From Aeromonas phage avDM4: DNA of 32,000 nt. The position numbers and the translations under genes were made by a program. Positions 1 to 7,129 of the stretch are shown here, piece by piece (positions within the stretch are counted from its first letter, which is position 1; each line of letters starts with the position of its first letter). The stretch is from the sequence record OP380596.1. One strand, given 5' to 3'. The notes beneath the pieces are model-generated. The model saw only the letters and a list, made by a program, of their open reading frames with translations, was not told the DNA's origin and searched no databases.

Positions 1-2
1 TT

Positions 3-143
3 TTTACAATCACCTTTGCTGGCGATAAATTCCCTGGAATTTACACCAGAGATATTGTCGACTATCTAAGAACTCTTGGATATGAGATTCGTACCGAATC
101 TCACCGTAATGAAAGCTATATCACCGTAACTGCAAAACCCTAA
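3..143 (+). CDS. C-terminal fragment of a CDS truncated by the window start (unknown function)
   Basis: Open frame from position 3, ...FTITFAGDKFPGIYTRDIVDYLRTLGYEIRTESHRNESYITVTAKP, stop TAA 141-143, 20 nt before the next ATG. Confidence 0.6.
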   Translation, partial: FTITFAGDKFPGIYTRDIVDYLRTLGYEIRTESHRNESYITVTAKP

Positions 144-163
144 TTCAATCAAAAGGAAATATA

Positions 164-1087
164 ATGCGTACTATGAACAAAACTCCGAAAATCACTCGTA
201 AACATGCTCTGATTGGTGCTGGTGTAGCCGGCGCGCTGCTTCTGGCGGCCAACGTTTTCACTGTCGTTGATGATGGCTCTGTTGCAACTACCACTTTCCT
301 TGGTAAAGTTAGCCCAAATATCATGCAGCCCGGCCTGAACATCATCAATCCGCTGGCATCAGTTGATACCTATTCAACTCGTGATCTGAAGATGGAATTC
401 TCAAACGTGCAAGTTCCTTCTCAAGATAAACTGAAAACTTCTGTCGATATCACTCTGATGCTGCGATTCGACGGTGATAAAGCTCAGATGGTTCGCATCA
501 ACGGCGGTACCGAACGTCAGGCCATTGACAAGTACGTTGCGAAGAAATTCGAGAGTACTGTTCGTGAATCCGGCAAAAACATCAAGAAAGCGCAAGATCT
601 GTTTGGCGATGCTACCACTCAGTCCATGTTGCAAGACATGATCAAAACTGAAGTCAATGACTATTCCAAGCCGTTTGGTTATGAAGTAACCGAAGTATTC
701 CTGCAAGAGATTACTCTGCCGAAGCTGATTCAAGACCAGGTTGAGCAAACCAAAATTCGTGAAGAAGCCGTAAACCAGGCCCAAGCGGATCTGGATAAAG
801 CTGAAAAAGTAGCTCAACAGCAAGTTAAGACCGCTGAAGCTGCTCGAGCAGCTCGAGAAGAAAACGCTATTGCGAATGAGCGTGATGCCGACGCTAAACT
901 GTATGCTGCTGGTAAAGAAGCTGAAGCTAACTCCCTGCTGCAGAAAACCATTACTCCTGAAATGATCAAATGGCGCCAGCTGGAAGTCGAAATGATTCGT
1001 GCCAACAAATATCAAGGTGGTGTACCGCAGACTGTGGTCGGCGCTGGTTATGATGGCCAAATGCTGATGGACATGCGTTCCAAGTAA
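164..1087 (+). CDS. SPFH/band-7 (prohibitin-like) membrane-anchored protein
   Basis: 307 aa; N-terminal TM segment (HALIGAGVAGALLLAANVF), beta-rich SPFH-like core, long Ala/Glu/Lys-rich coiled coil (IREEAVNQAQADLDKAEKVAQQQVKTAEAARAAREE); upstream AAAAGGAAAT. Confidence 0.8.
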   Translation: MRTMNKTPKITRKHALIGAGVAGALLLAANVFTVVDDGSVATTTFLGKVSPNIMQPGLNIINPLASVDTYSTRDLKMEFSNVQVPSQDKLKTSVDITLMLRFDGDKAQMVRINGGTERQAIDKYVAKKFESTVRESGKNIKKAQDLFGDATTQSMLQDMIKTEVNDYSKPFGYEVTEVFLQEITLPKLIQDQVEQTKIREEAVNQAQADLDKAEKVAQQQVKTAEAARAAREENAIANERDADAKLYAAGKEAEANSLLQKTITPEMIKWRQLEVEMIRANKYQGGVPQTVVGAGYDGQMLMDMRSK

Positions 1088-1095
1088 TTTAACTC

Positions 1096-1120
1096 GGGCT
1101 CCTTCGGGAGCCCATTTTGA
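1096..1120 (+). terminator. Hairpin terminator after the SPFH gene
   Basis: GGGCTCC-TTCG-GGAGCCC then ATTTTG; 7 bp GC-rich stem with UUCG tetraloop. Confidence 0.75.
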
Positions 1121-1149
1121 TAAGATAACTTGTTAAATTGGAATATATT

Positions 1150-1377
1150 ATGTTTAGCCGTGGTTTTACTTTAATCGAATTGATGGTATTAGTGGCGATT
1201 GTTATTATTCTGTTAGCCATAACAATACCGGCTTTTTCGGATAACGAAATTTATAATCCGATCGATTCAGCATGCCCTCATGGGTTAACAACCGCAATTA
1301 CGCCAAATGGCGAAGAAATTCTTGTTTGCCGAAAAAATCAAGTGATCAATAAACAAACACTAACAATCGGAGAATAA
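1150..1377 (+). CDS. Small type IV prepilin/pseudopilin-like protein
   Basis: ATG at 1150: MFSRGFTLIELMVLVAIVIILLAITIPAF..., canonical class III signal (G^FTLIE, Glu5, hydrophobic helix); two Cys in the C-terminal part. The ORF track extends it to an upstream TTG. Confidence 0.75.
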   Translation: MFSRGFTLIELMVLVAIVIILLAITIPAFSDNEIYNPIDSACPHGLTTAITPNGEEILVCRKNQVINKQTLTIGE

Positions 1378-1986
1378 ATGCAAAAGCAACTCAAAATGGG
1401 CATCATGGCGGCATTCGTAGCAGCAGCACTTTCTGGTTGTGGCGAGCAACAGTCTGATACATTTTCTTATAATGGTCTCGGTGGAGAACCTACGCCTACC
1501 GTCACAGCGACTTCGGCAGAGCAATGTCAAGAACTGGGTGGTGGTTCGACGGAACAATGCCAACTAGCATTTAAGCAAGCAAAGGATGAACATATTTCAG
1601 CTGCACCAAAATTCAATGACCAAACGTCATGTGAATCTGGCACGGGTGCTGTATGCACCCAAACACAAATTCAGAATTCCGATGGCAGTTTCAGCGACGT
1701 GTTCGTTCCAGCTATGGTTGGTATGATTGTTGGCCAACTGTTGTCAAGCAATGCTCGCCCAATGCCAGTATACGCACCAAGCCGACCTGAAGATCGTCGA
1801 AATGGCTTCGTCACCGCGAATGGTTCATACGTTCCTCCTGGAAAAGGTTCTATCGGCGCAAACACTTTCAAAACTTCCTTCGGTAAGGGAAGTTTTGCCA
1901 AACCGGTAGCATCTTCTAAACCTGTGGTGAGAATGTCATCTGGCGGTTTCGGAAAATCCGGTGGCTTCGGCTCTTCTGGTGGTTAA
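1378..1986 (+). CDS. YgiB/YjfM-like DUF1190 lipoprotein
   Basis: Lipobox-like AALSGC; YgiB-type layout: Cys-rich spaced motifs (SAEQCQELGG...CQLAFKQAKDEHISAAPKF...C), internal MVGMIVGQLL, G/S/F-rich tail (MSSGGFGKSGGFGSSGG). Near a YgiC homolog as in ygiBC. Confidence 0.8.
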   Translation: MQKQLKMGIMAAFVAAALSGCGEQQSDTFSYNGLGGEPTPTVTATSAEQCQELGGGSTEQCQLAFKQAKDEHISAAPKFNDQTSCESGTGAVCTQTQIQNSDGSFSDVFVPAMVGMIVGQLLSSNARPMPVYAPSRPEDRRNGFVTANGSYVPPGKGSIGANTFKTSFGKGSFAKPVASSKPVVRMSSGGFGKSGGFGSSGG

Positions 1987-1999
1987 TTTCAAAAAGCGG

Positions 2000-2038
2000 T
2001 TTACAGTGATGGGACTATGATTTACTATAGTCCCATCA
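2000..2038 (+). promoter_or_regulatory. Early-type promoter with 12-bp palindrome over the -10
   Basis: TTTACA (2000-2005), 17 nt, TACTAT (2023-2028); TGATGGGACTAT (2007-2018)/ATAGTCCCATCA (2027-2038) perfect. Confidence 0.8.
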
Positions 2039-2058
2039 AATCAACAAAGGAGTACATC

Positions 2059-2289
2059 ATGATTTATGCTGGCCAAAAATATCGAATCACCAGACCTGTA
2101 AGCGAACAGCACATTGTTGGTGTTGGTGATATTATAACAATCTCCCAAATCACTTGGTTGGGCATTCGTGCCATGGATATTTCTGTTGATGATGATGGAA
2201 TTCCATATGACGGAATTCTAATGTTTGAAGGCCCGTACAATATCCAGGAGTACTGGGAAAAAGTCGAAATGTGCTTGGAGGCTGTTTAA
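2059..2289 (+). CDS. Small conserved-type phage protein, unknown function
   Basis: ATG 2059 preceded by AAAGGAG; MIYAGQKYRITRPVSEQHIVGVGDIITISQITWLG... Confidence 0.75.
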   Translation: MIYAGQKYRITRPVSEQHIVGVGDIITISQITWLGIRAMDISVDDDGIPYDGILMFEGPYNIQEYWEKVEMCLEAV

Positions 2290-2538
2290 ATGATTGACGG
2301 AATTTATCGGATTGTTGGTGAAATCTCTACGAACCATCGTTGCGTTAGCCAAGGCGACGAAATTTATTTGAAAGAAGATGAATACGGAAATATCCGCGGT
2401 CCAGCAGTTGACTGGGAAGGGCGTGAAACTGCAATTGGCTACATTTTGTGCCCAGAAGCATTGGAAAAAATTCCTGGTAAAACTGACCAAGAAGCTTACC
2501 GAATTTGGGTTGACACCGTTTTGGAGAAAGTAGAATGA
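2290..2538 (+). CDS. Small phage protein, unknown function
   Basis: 82 aa, immediately follows the previous stop and overlaps the next ATG (ATGA). Confidence 0.75.
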   Translation: MIDGIYRIVGEISTNHRCVSQGDEIYLKEDEYGNIRGPAVDWEGRETAIGYILCPEALEKIPGKTDQEAYRIWVDTVLEKVE

Positions 2539-3731
2539 AACGCGTATCTATTGAAGCTCGTAAAGATTGGTTGCCGCAGTTGGCTTCTGAAGGTGTTTTG
2601 TGGACCACTACGGAAGAAGGACCGTATTGGGCAGAAGCAATGGTTCAGCCTAAGTATTACTCTTTTACTCGTAAAGAGCAAGAGCAACTCGAGAAAGCTG
2701 CAAACGAAATCCACGAAATGTGTCTCGATACAATGGAATGGCTGTTCACATGCGACAGCAAGAAACAAAATAAAATTTTCGACATGTTCAATATCCCATA
2801 TGAGTCTCGTGACCAAATCATGCGCAGCTGGGAAGATGATGAATGGGGCCTTTACGGCCGGTTTGATTTCATCATGACTGAAACCGGCCCCAAACTTCTC
2901 GAATATAATGCCGATACCCCCACCATTCTCGTTGAATCTGCAATTTCTCAATGGAATTGGTTCAACGATCAACGCGAAAAATTCCATCAAGAAGCTTTTC
3001 AATTTAACGAAATTCATGAAGCGTTGGTTAATCACTGGCGTGATATGAACACTTATGACGCAATTGGTGATAAAATCAGCTTTGTAGCTACTACGCAAGT
3101 TGATGATTTTGCTACAATCGCATACATGGCTGAAACTGCTTCAGAAGCAGGACTGAATGTCAAACTGTTCGATATCGCTGAAATTCAACTCGGCGATGAC
3201 GGCAATTTTTATGACATTGAAGGCCAGCATATCGACACTTGCTTCAAACTGTATCCATGGGAATGGCTGTATGAAGACGATTTTGGCAAAGCCATCGATG
3301 GATGCAACACTCGGTTTATTGAACCAACCTGGAAAATGATGCTTTCCAACAAAGCACTTTTGGTTCTTCTTTATGAGCGTTATCCTGATTGCGAGTGGTT
3401 GGTCCCAGCGTATACAGAAGATGATTTTGACCGATTGAATCTGTTCACATATGAAAATCCGAAATGGGTGTCAAAGCCTATTGTTTCTCGCGAAGGATGT
3501 AATGTTCATATTTTTGAATATGGCGGAGAAAGTGAATTCACCGATGGTAATTACGCAGAAGAACCGCGTATCGTCCAGCAATATATCGAATGGAAAGATT
3601 TCGATGGCTGCTACCCAATGCTTGGTGTATGGATGGTAGGTAGCGATGCCGTGGGTTTGGGTATCAGAGAAGATGATAGCCGAATTACCGGTAATAACAG
3701 TCGATTTATTCCTCATGTGGTGGAGAATTGA
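2535..3731 (+). CDS. ygiC-like: Glutathionylspermidine synthase-like ATP-grasp amidoligase (YgiC/YjfC family)
   Basis: 398 aa with family segments: GRFDFIMTETGPKLLEYNADTPTILVESA, LYPWEWL, EPTWKMMLSNKALLVLL, KPIVSREGCNVHI, GIREDDSRITGNNSRFIPHVV. Confidence 0.9.
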   Translation: MKRVSIEARKDWLPQLASEGVLWTTTEEGPYWAEAMVQPKYYSFTRKEQEQLEKAANEIHEMCLDTMEWLFTCDSKKQNKIFDMFNIPYESRDQIMRSWEDDEWGLYGRFDFIMTETGPKLLEYNADTPTILVESAISQWNWFNDQREKFHQEAFQFNEIHEALVNHWRDMNTYDAIGDKISFVATTQVDDFATIAYMAETASEAGLNVKLFDIAEIQLGDDGNFYDIEGQHIDTCFKLYPWEWLYEDDFGKAIDGCNTRFIEPTWKMMLSNKALLVLLYERYPDCEWLVPAYTEDDFDRLNLFTYENPKWVSKPIVSREGCNVHIFEYGGESEFTDGNYAEEPRIVQQYIEWKDFDGCYPMLGVWMVGSDAVGLGIREDDSRITGNNSRFIPHVVEN

Positions 3732-3732
3732 T

Positions 3733-4044
3733 ATGCAAATTGATGCTCGAATGGTAAGTGAACTTGAAACGGCTGCGCAAGAAGTTCTAATGGACCTCAA
3801 CGCATGGACTAGCAATCCTTCAACGGTTATGGGCTTTGCTTACGGTCGTGGTCATTCGGTAGCTGAAAAAATGCAGGAAAATATCGATGCACACAAAGGC
3901 AATACTGAGCAAGTTGATTCGGGACTGTTTCATAGTTATGACGAATATTGCGAATTCGTAGCCGATTTGTGCAATTCTATACCTGCTTATTGGCAGAGAT
4001 TTATGAACTGCTGGGATGAACAAGGTCCTGATAGAGTCTATTAA
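3733..4044 (+). CDS. Hypothetical protein
   Basis: ATG 3733 (MQIDARMVSELETAAQEV...); the ORF-track N-terminus overlaps the ygiC-like gene and is not needed. Confidence 0.65.
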   Translation: MQIDARMVSELETAAQEVLMDLNAWTSNPSTVMGFAYGRGHSVAEKMQENIDAHKGNTEQVDSGLFHSYDEYCEFVADLCNSIPAYWQRFMNCWDEQGPDRVY

Positions 4045-4082
4045 ATATAAAAAATGTCTAATACAACAATGGGTCACCGAAA

Positions 4083-4583
4083 ATGAAAATATCTGATTTT
4101 GCAAAGAAATACTCTCAGGTCAGCGTCAATGATTTTGCTGGGTATACACAATTCATGGCTGATATAAAGCAATGGGCCAGCGCAAACAACGTGCGTGCGT
4201 CAATGGCCGACTACCAGAAAGAATGGGGAAAGTTCTCTAAGAAGCTTAGCGCTGCGCCTAAAGTTCCAGCGGTGCCCGCCGCAGTGAAACCCGTGGTGAA
4301 ACCTGCAGCTAAGCCGAAAATCGTATCAGCTAAAGTGTTCGACCAGAAAGAAATTAACACGATGATATCAGAATACGAAGACGCTATAGCCAAGATCAAA
4401 TCTCTTATTTCTCGCGGCAACAAGCTCAATTCGGCCTTCGCCACGGCGACAAAGGGCCAAACGATTCATGGGTCAGAAACTCCTGAACTTTATCGCATGT
4501 ATGTCGTATTCCAGGATTTGAAGCACGACGATATCACGCCCAAATTGAAGGATAAAATCGGCAAACTGAAGATGATTAAATAA
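4083..4583 (+). CDS. Hypothetical protein with central Pro/Ala/Lys/Val-rich linker
   Basis: 166 aa; AAPKVPAVPAAVKPVVKPAAKPKIV linker between two predicted helical parts. Confidence 0.75.
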   Translation: MKISDFAKKYSQVSVNDFAGYTQFMADIKQWASANNVRASMADYQKEWGKFSKKLSAAPKVPAVPAAVKPVVKPAAKPKIVSAKVFDQKEINTMISEYEDAIAKIKSLISRGNKLNSAFATATKGQTIHGSETPELYRMYVVFQDLKHDDITPKLKDKIGKLKMIK

Positions 4584-4585
4584 AG

Positions 4586-4658
4586 GTAGGAATGCCTTGT
4601 CAAGAATACCCAGGTGAAACTCATCTACGCAAACTGTCTTGGGCATGGGCATACCTAC
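4586..4658 (+). ncRNA. Candidate structured non-coding element
   Basis: GTAGGAATGCC (4586-4596) pairs with GGCATACCTAC (4648-4658), one mismatch; inner CAAGA (4601-4605)/TCTTG (4637-4641). No good ORF covers it. Confidence 0.35.
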
Positions 4659-4702
4659 AACCCATGTTCAACTAACAGGAGGGGCGATGGCCCATTTGTC
4701 GT

Positions 4703-4981
4703 ATGTTGAAAACATTTTCAATAATCGCATTGGTTTTAGCTTCAATGCACTTTGTAGAGGCGGACCCTGAAAATGGGTCTTATGATGAGTACATGCGTGG
4801 CGCTTTAATAGTGTATAGCAACGAAATAGTGCCATCTCTAGATAATTCGGTTGAATTTCTTGAGCATTTGAACGATAAATGGAAATCCGCTAAATGCTCT
4901 TCGAGTTGTTATCAAACTGGATATCTTGAAGCAAAGACATTCATAGCAAAGAGAGAAGGTCATGGAAGTAAGATTCGGTGA
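4703..4981 (+). CDS. Small putative secreted protein with signal peptide
   Basis: MLKTFSIIALVLASMHFVEA...; two adjacent Cys-containing positions (CSSSC); GGAGGGG upstream but somewhat distant. Confidence 0.6.
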   Translation: MLKTFSIIALVLASMHFVEADPENGSYDEYMRGALIVYSNEIVPSLDNSVEFLEHLNDKWKSAKCSSSCYQTGYLEAKTFIAKREGHGSKIR

Positions 4982-5342
4982 TGTTGTAACCGAGAAAACA
5001 AGCATTTTTGATGAGTTTATTGGTGCATGTTTAATGTCAAGCACATACGCACATTCTGCACACTTTATGACAAAGTCGTACGAAAAGCATATAGCATACG
5101 AATATTTCTATGACAATATGCCAGGGTTGATTGATATTTTCGCTGAATCATATATGGGTTCAGGATTTACATATCGACCGCGACTGTCCATTTATAATGG
5201 AACCTTTGAGTCATTTGTCAACCAACTTGCCCAGATGGCAGAAAAGGTATCTGCCAGTGCACCTAATACGGTTCTCAAAAACACCTCGGATGATATCCAA
5301 GAGCTTTGTCGTATGACAATGTATAAACTATCATTGCACTAA
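4962..5342 (+). CDS. Hypothetical protein
   Basis: 126 aa, overlaps the end of the previous CDS, followed by a clear terminator. Confidence 0.65.
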   Translation: MEVRFGDVVTEKTSIFDEFIGACLMSSTYAHSAHFMTKSYEKHIAYEYFYDNMPGLIDIFAESYMGSGFTYRPRLSIYNGTFESFVNQLAQMAEKVSASAPNTVLKNTSDDIQELCRMTMYKLSLH

Positions 5343-5346
5343 TTCG

Positions 5347-5376
5347 AATGCCCTGGTGTGAACCAGGGCATTTTTG
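5347..5376 (+). terminator. Intrinsic terminator
   Basis: AATGCCCTGG-TGTGAA-CCAGGGCATTTTT. Confidence 0.85.
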
Positions 5377-5405
5377 TATCCATTTGAAATAAAATTCAAA
5401 ATGGT

Positions 5406-5434
5406 TGTACTCTTACGTTAAACGAGTTTAGAAT
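5406..5434 (+). promoter_or_regulatory. Early-type promoter
   Basis: TGTACT, 17 nt, TAGAAT; upstream of CDS 5465. Confidence 0.6.
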
Positions 5435-5464
5435 GTTATCATAATCAACCAACGGAGACAACCG

Positions 5465-5671
5465 ATGAAACGTGTTAATGAAATGCCCAAAAATGGTCAG
5501 TTTGTAGTTGTCTGGGTATATGACGGCAAACTCTGGTCTGAAACCTGGCGCTTGAACAACGGGGTGGTTGAAATCCTCATGGATGATGACACTGCTGAAG
5601 AATGGCGTACAAACGACTGTTATTACGATGATGGTTATGAAGATCTCGAACTCAACTATATTGTGATTTAA
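5465..5671 (+). CDS. Hypothetical small acidic protein
   Basis: 68 aa, preceded by GGAG (5457 area). Confidence 0.7.
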   Translation: MKRVNEMPKNGQFVVVWVYDGKLWSETWRLNNGVVEILMDDDTAEEWRTNDCYYDDGYEDLELNYIVI

Positions 5672-5673
5672 AA

Positions 5674-5985
5674 ATGTCTATACTTCAGGAAATCGACAAG
5701 CTGTCGAAACAAATAGGTGTGGAAGCATCAGAATTCAAGATTTCGCCTATTTGGAAAATTGTGCGCAAACCTGAGTGGTCCTATGGGCTTTCATTTGAGC
5801 GCGAATTCACTGTTTACGAACATAAAGAAACGGGCTATACTATCGCAGTTCATTCTGAGCGGCATAGAGCTCAATTCGTCAACGAAAACAACGAAGACGT
5901 TATGGGTTTCGCCGAAATGATCGTTTCGGTGAGTGAAGTAGAACCTCACAAAAGCAAACATGGCACACGTTGGCAGTTTGTGTAA
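5674..5985 (+). CDS. Hypothetical protein
   Basis: 103 aa ORF in tight array. Confidence 0.7.
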   Translation: MSILQEIDKLSKQIGVEASEFKISPIWKIVRKPEWSYGLSFEREFTVYEHKETGYTIAVHSERHRAQFVNENNEDVMGFAEMIVSVSEVEPHKSKHGTRWQFV

Positions 5986-6003
5986 CGCTTTAGTCATTTT
6001 TGG

Positions 6004-6032
6004 TGTATATTACCAGTACAATGGTTTAGAAT
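6004..6032 (+). promoter_or_regulatory. Early-type promoter
   Basis: TGTATA, 17 nt, TAGAAT, in the intergenic region upstream of CDS 6098. Confidence 0.6.
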
Positions 6033-6053
6033 AAAAAGACTGGAAATAAAAAC

Positions 6054-6080
6054 TCGAGCGAAGCTCGATCGCGAAGCGAT
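6054..6080 (+). promoter_or_regulatory. Two adjoining GCGAAGC mini-hairpins in the 5' leader
   Basis: TCGAGC-GAA-GCTCGA (6054-6068) and ATCGC-GAA-GCGAT (6068-6080), between promoter and SD of CDS 6098. Confidence 0.6.
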
Positions 6081-6097
6081 AACTAATTGGAGATAAT

Positions 6098-6484
6098 ATG
6101 CAAATTATCCTTAAGCCTGCAGGCGAAGGTAAAACCGCCGAAGCAATCAAATCTGCCTATATGGCAGCAATGAATCACCCTGTTCTTATTGTTTCCGAAG
6201 AACATCCTGCCGTGCTGGAGCATCGGGTTAACCTGTTTAGCATCCAGAATCCTGCTATCAAAAACCGCTACGAAATCGTCACCTGTATGGAACGTGCAAC
6301 TCCTGAATTGTTCAAAGATCTTGGTTATTTCGACCGCTTTGGCACCATTATTCTGGATGTCAACTTCGCAATGAGCTGTGGCCCTTGGCTTACGGTATGT
6401 GCCGAACTCGAAGCATACGGCTATGAAGTAATTGCTACTCAAGAGCTTGTTAAACCCGCAAAAACACGCAGCGCATTACACTGA
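6098..6484 (+). CDS. Hypothetical protein with N-terminal P-loop-like motif
   Basis: 128 aa: MQIILKPAGEGKTAEAIKSAYMAAMNHPVLIVS...; Walker-A-like PAGEGKT and hydrophobic-D strand (TIILDVNF). Confidence 0.65.
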   Translation: MQIILKPAGEGKTAEAIKSAYMAAMNHPVLIVSEEHPAVLEHRVNLFSIQNPAIKNRYEIVTCMERATPELFKDLGYFDRFGTIILDVNFAMSCGPWLTVCAELEAYGYEVIATQELVKPAKTRSALH

Positions 6485-6491
6485 TATGGCC

Positions 6492-6514
6492 GTGACCCCT
6501 TTTTAAGGGGTCAC
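6492..6514 (+). terminator. Perfect 10-bp stem-loop between genes
   Basis: GTGACCCCTT-TTT-AAGGGGTCAC, no downstream T tract; sits directly before the GGAGG of CDS 6526, so could be attenuator/processing site rather than terminator. Confidence 0.45.
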
Positions 6515-6525
6515 ATGGAGGAATT

Positions 6526-6894
6526 ATGAAAAGATATCGTTTTAAATCTGCTGAAGCTCGTCATAAATTTGCTGCTGTAAGCGACGCCAATAATTTTATT
6601 GCTAATAGGGTGTATGATCATGTGTTTTACGCAGCTATGCCGCGAGATGCTATCGATGAGATTTTTTTCGAAATCAACGGCATTACTTTGTTTCCCGAGT
6701 ATTTTCCTGTGTTCTTCGCCATCGAAGTAAAAGAATATTTGGAAGAAGTAGGCGCTGAAGATGTTGCTAATGAGATATCTCAGAAGATATTGGAAAATAA
6801 CGATGTTGAGCAATTGCTCGCCGAAAACGCAGCCTTGCGGGAACGCATGTCTAAACTTGAAAATCGTCTTGAACGTCTTGAACGGTTGGTATAA
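6526..6894 (+). CDS. Hypothetical protein with C-terminal coiled coil
   Basis: 122 aa; leucine-rich C-terminus (LLAENAALRERMSKLENRLERLERLV); GGAGG upstream. Confidence 0.75.
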   Translation: MKRYRFKSAEARHKFAAVSDANNFIANRVYDHVFYAAMPRDAIDEIFFEINGITLFPEYFPVFFAIEVKEYLEEVGAEDVANEISQKILENNDVEQLLAENAALRERMSKLENRLERLERLV

Positions 6895-7128
6895 ATGAAA
6901 TCTACAGCTTTAGCGTATGTTCTTTGGTTTTTTCTGGGTGTTTTTGGTATTCACCGTTTCTACACCAGAAATTATGTCACCGGAGTTATTTGGTTTTTTA
7001 CTTGCGGTCTGTTTGGTCTTGGCTGGTTTGTCGACTTTTTTATCACGGCAGGATTAGTTCGACGCGCCAACATCGAATGGCGTCAAAATCAGATAGAAAT
7101 TAATACAATGATTCGTCGAGGTTATTGA
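6895..7128 (+). CDS. TM2 domain-containing membrane protein
   Basis: ALAYVLWFFLGVFGIHRFYTRNYVTGVIWFFTCGLFGLGWFVDFF: TM2 signature with two TM helices. Confidence 0.85.
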   Translation: MKSTALAYVLWFFLGVFGIHRFYTRNYVTGVIWFFTCGLFGLGWFVDFFITAGLVRRANIEWRQNQIEINTMIRRGY

Positions 7129-7129
7129 C

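Noticed and set aside
401-1060. 219-aa minus-strand ORF antisense to the SPFH gene
   Set aside because: Fully antisense to a gene with strong family features, Phe/Leu-rich low-complexity product; typical shadow ORF of an Ala/Glu/Lys-rich coiled coil.
2496-3098. 200-aa minus-strand ORF
   Set aside because: Antisense to the conserved ATP-grasp gene.
4586-4658. Possible tRNA gene
   Set aside because: Size fits but no TTCRANTC T-loop, no convincing D arm or 7-bp acceptor/anticodon arrangement; kept only as a structured element.
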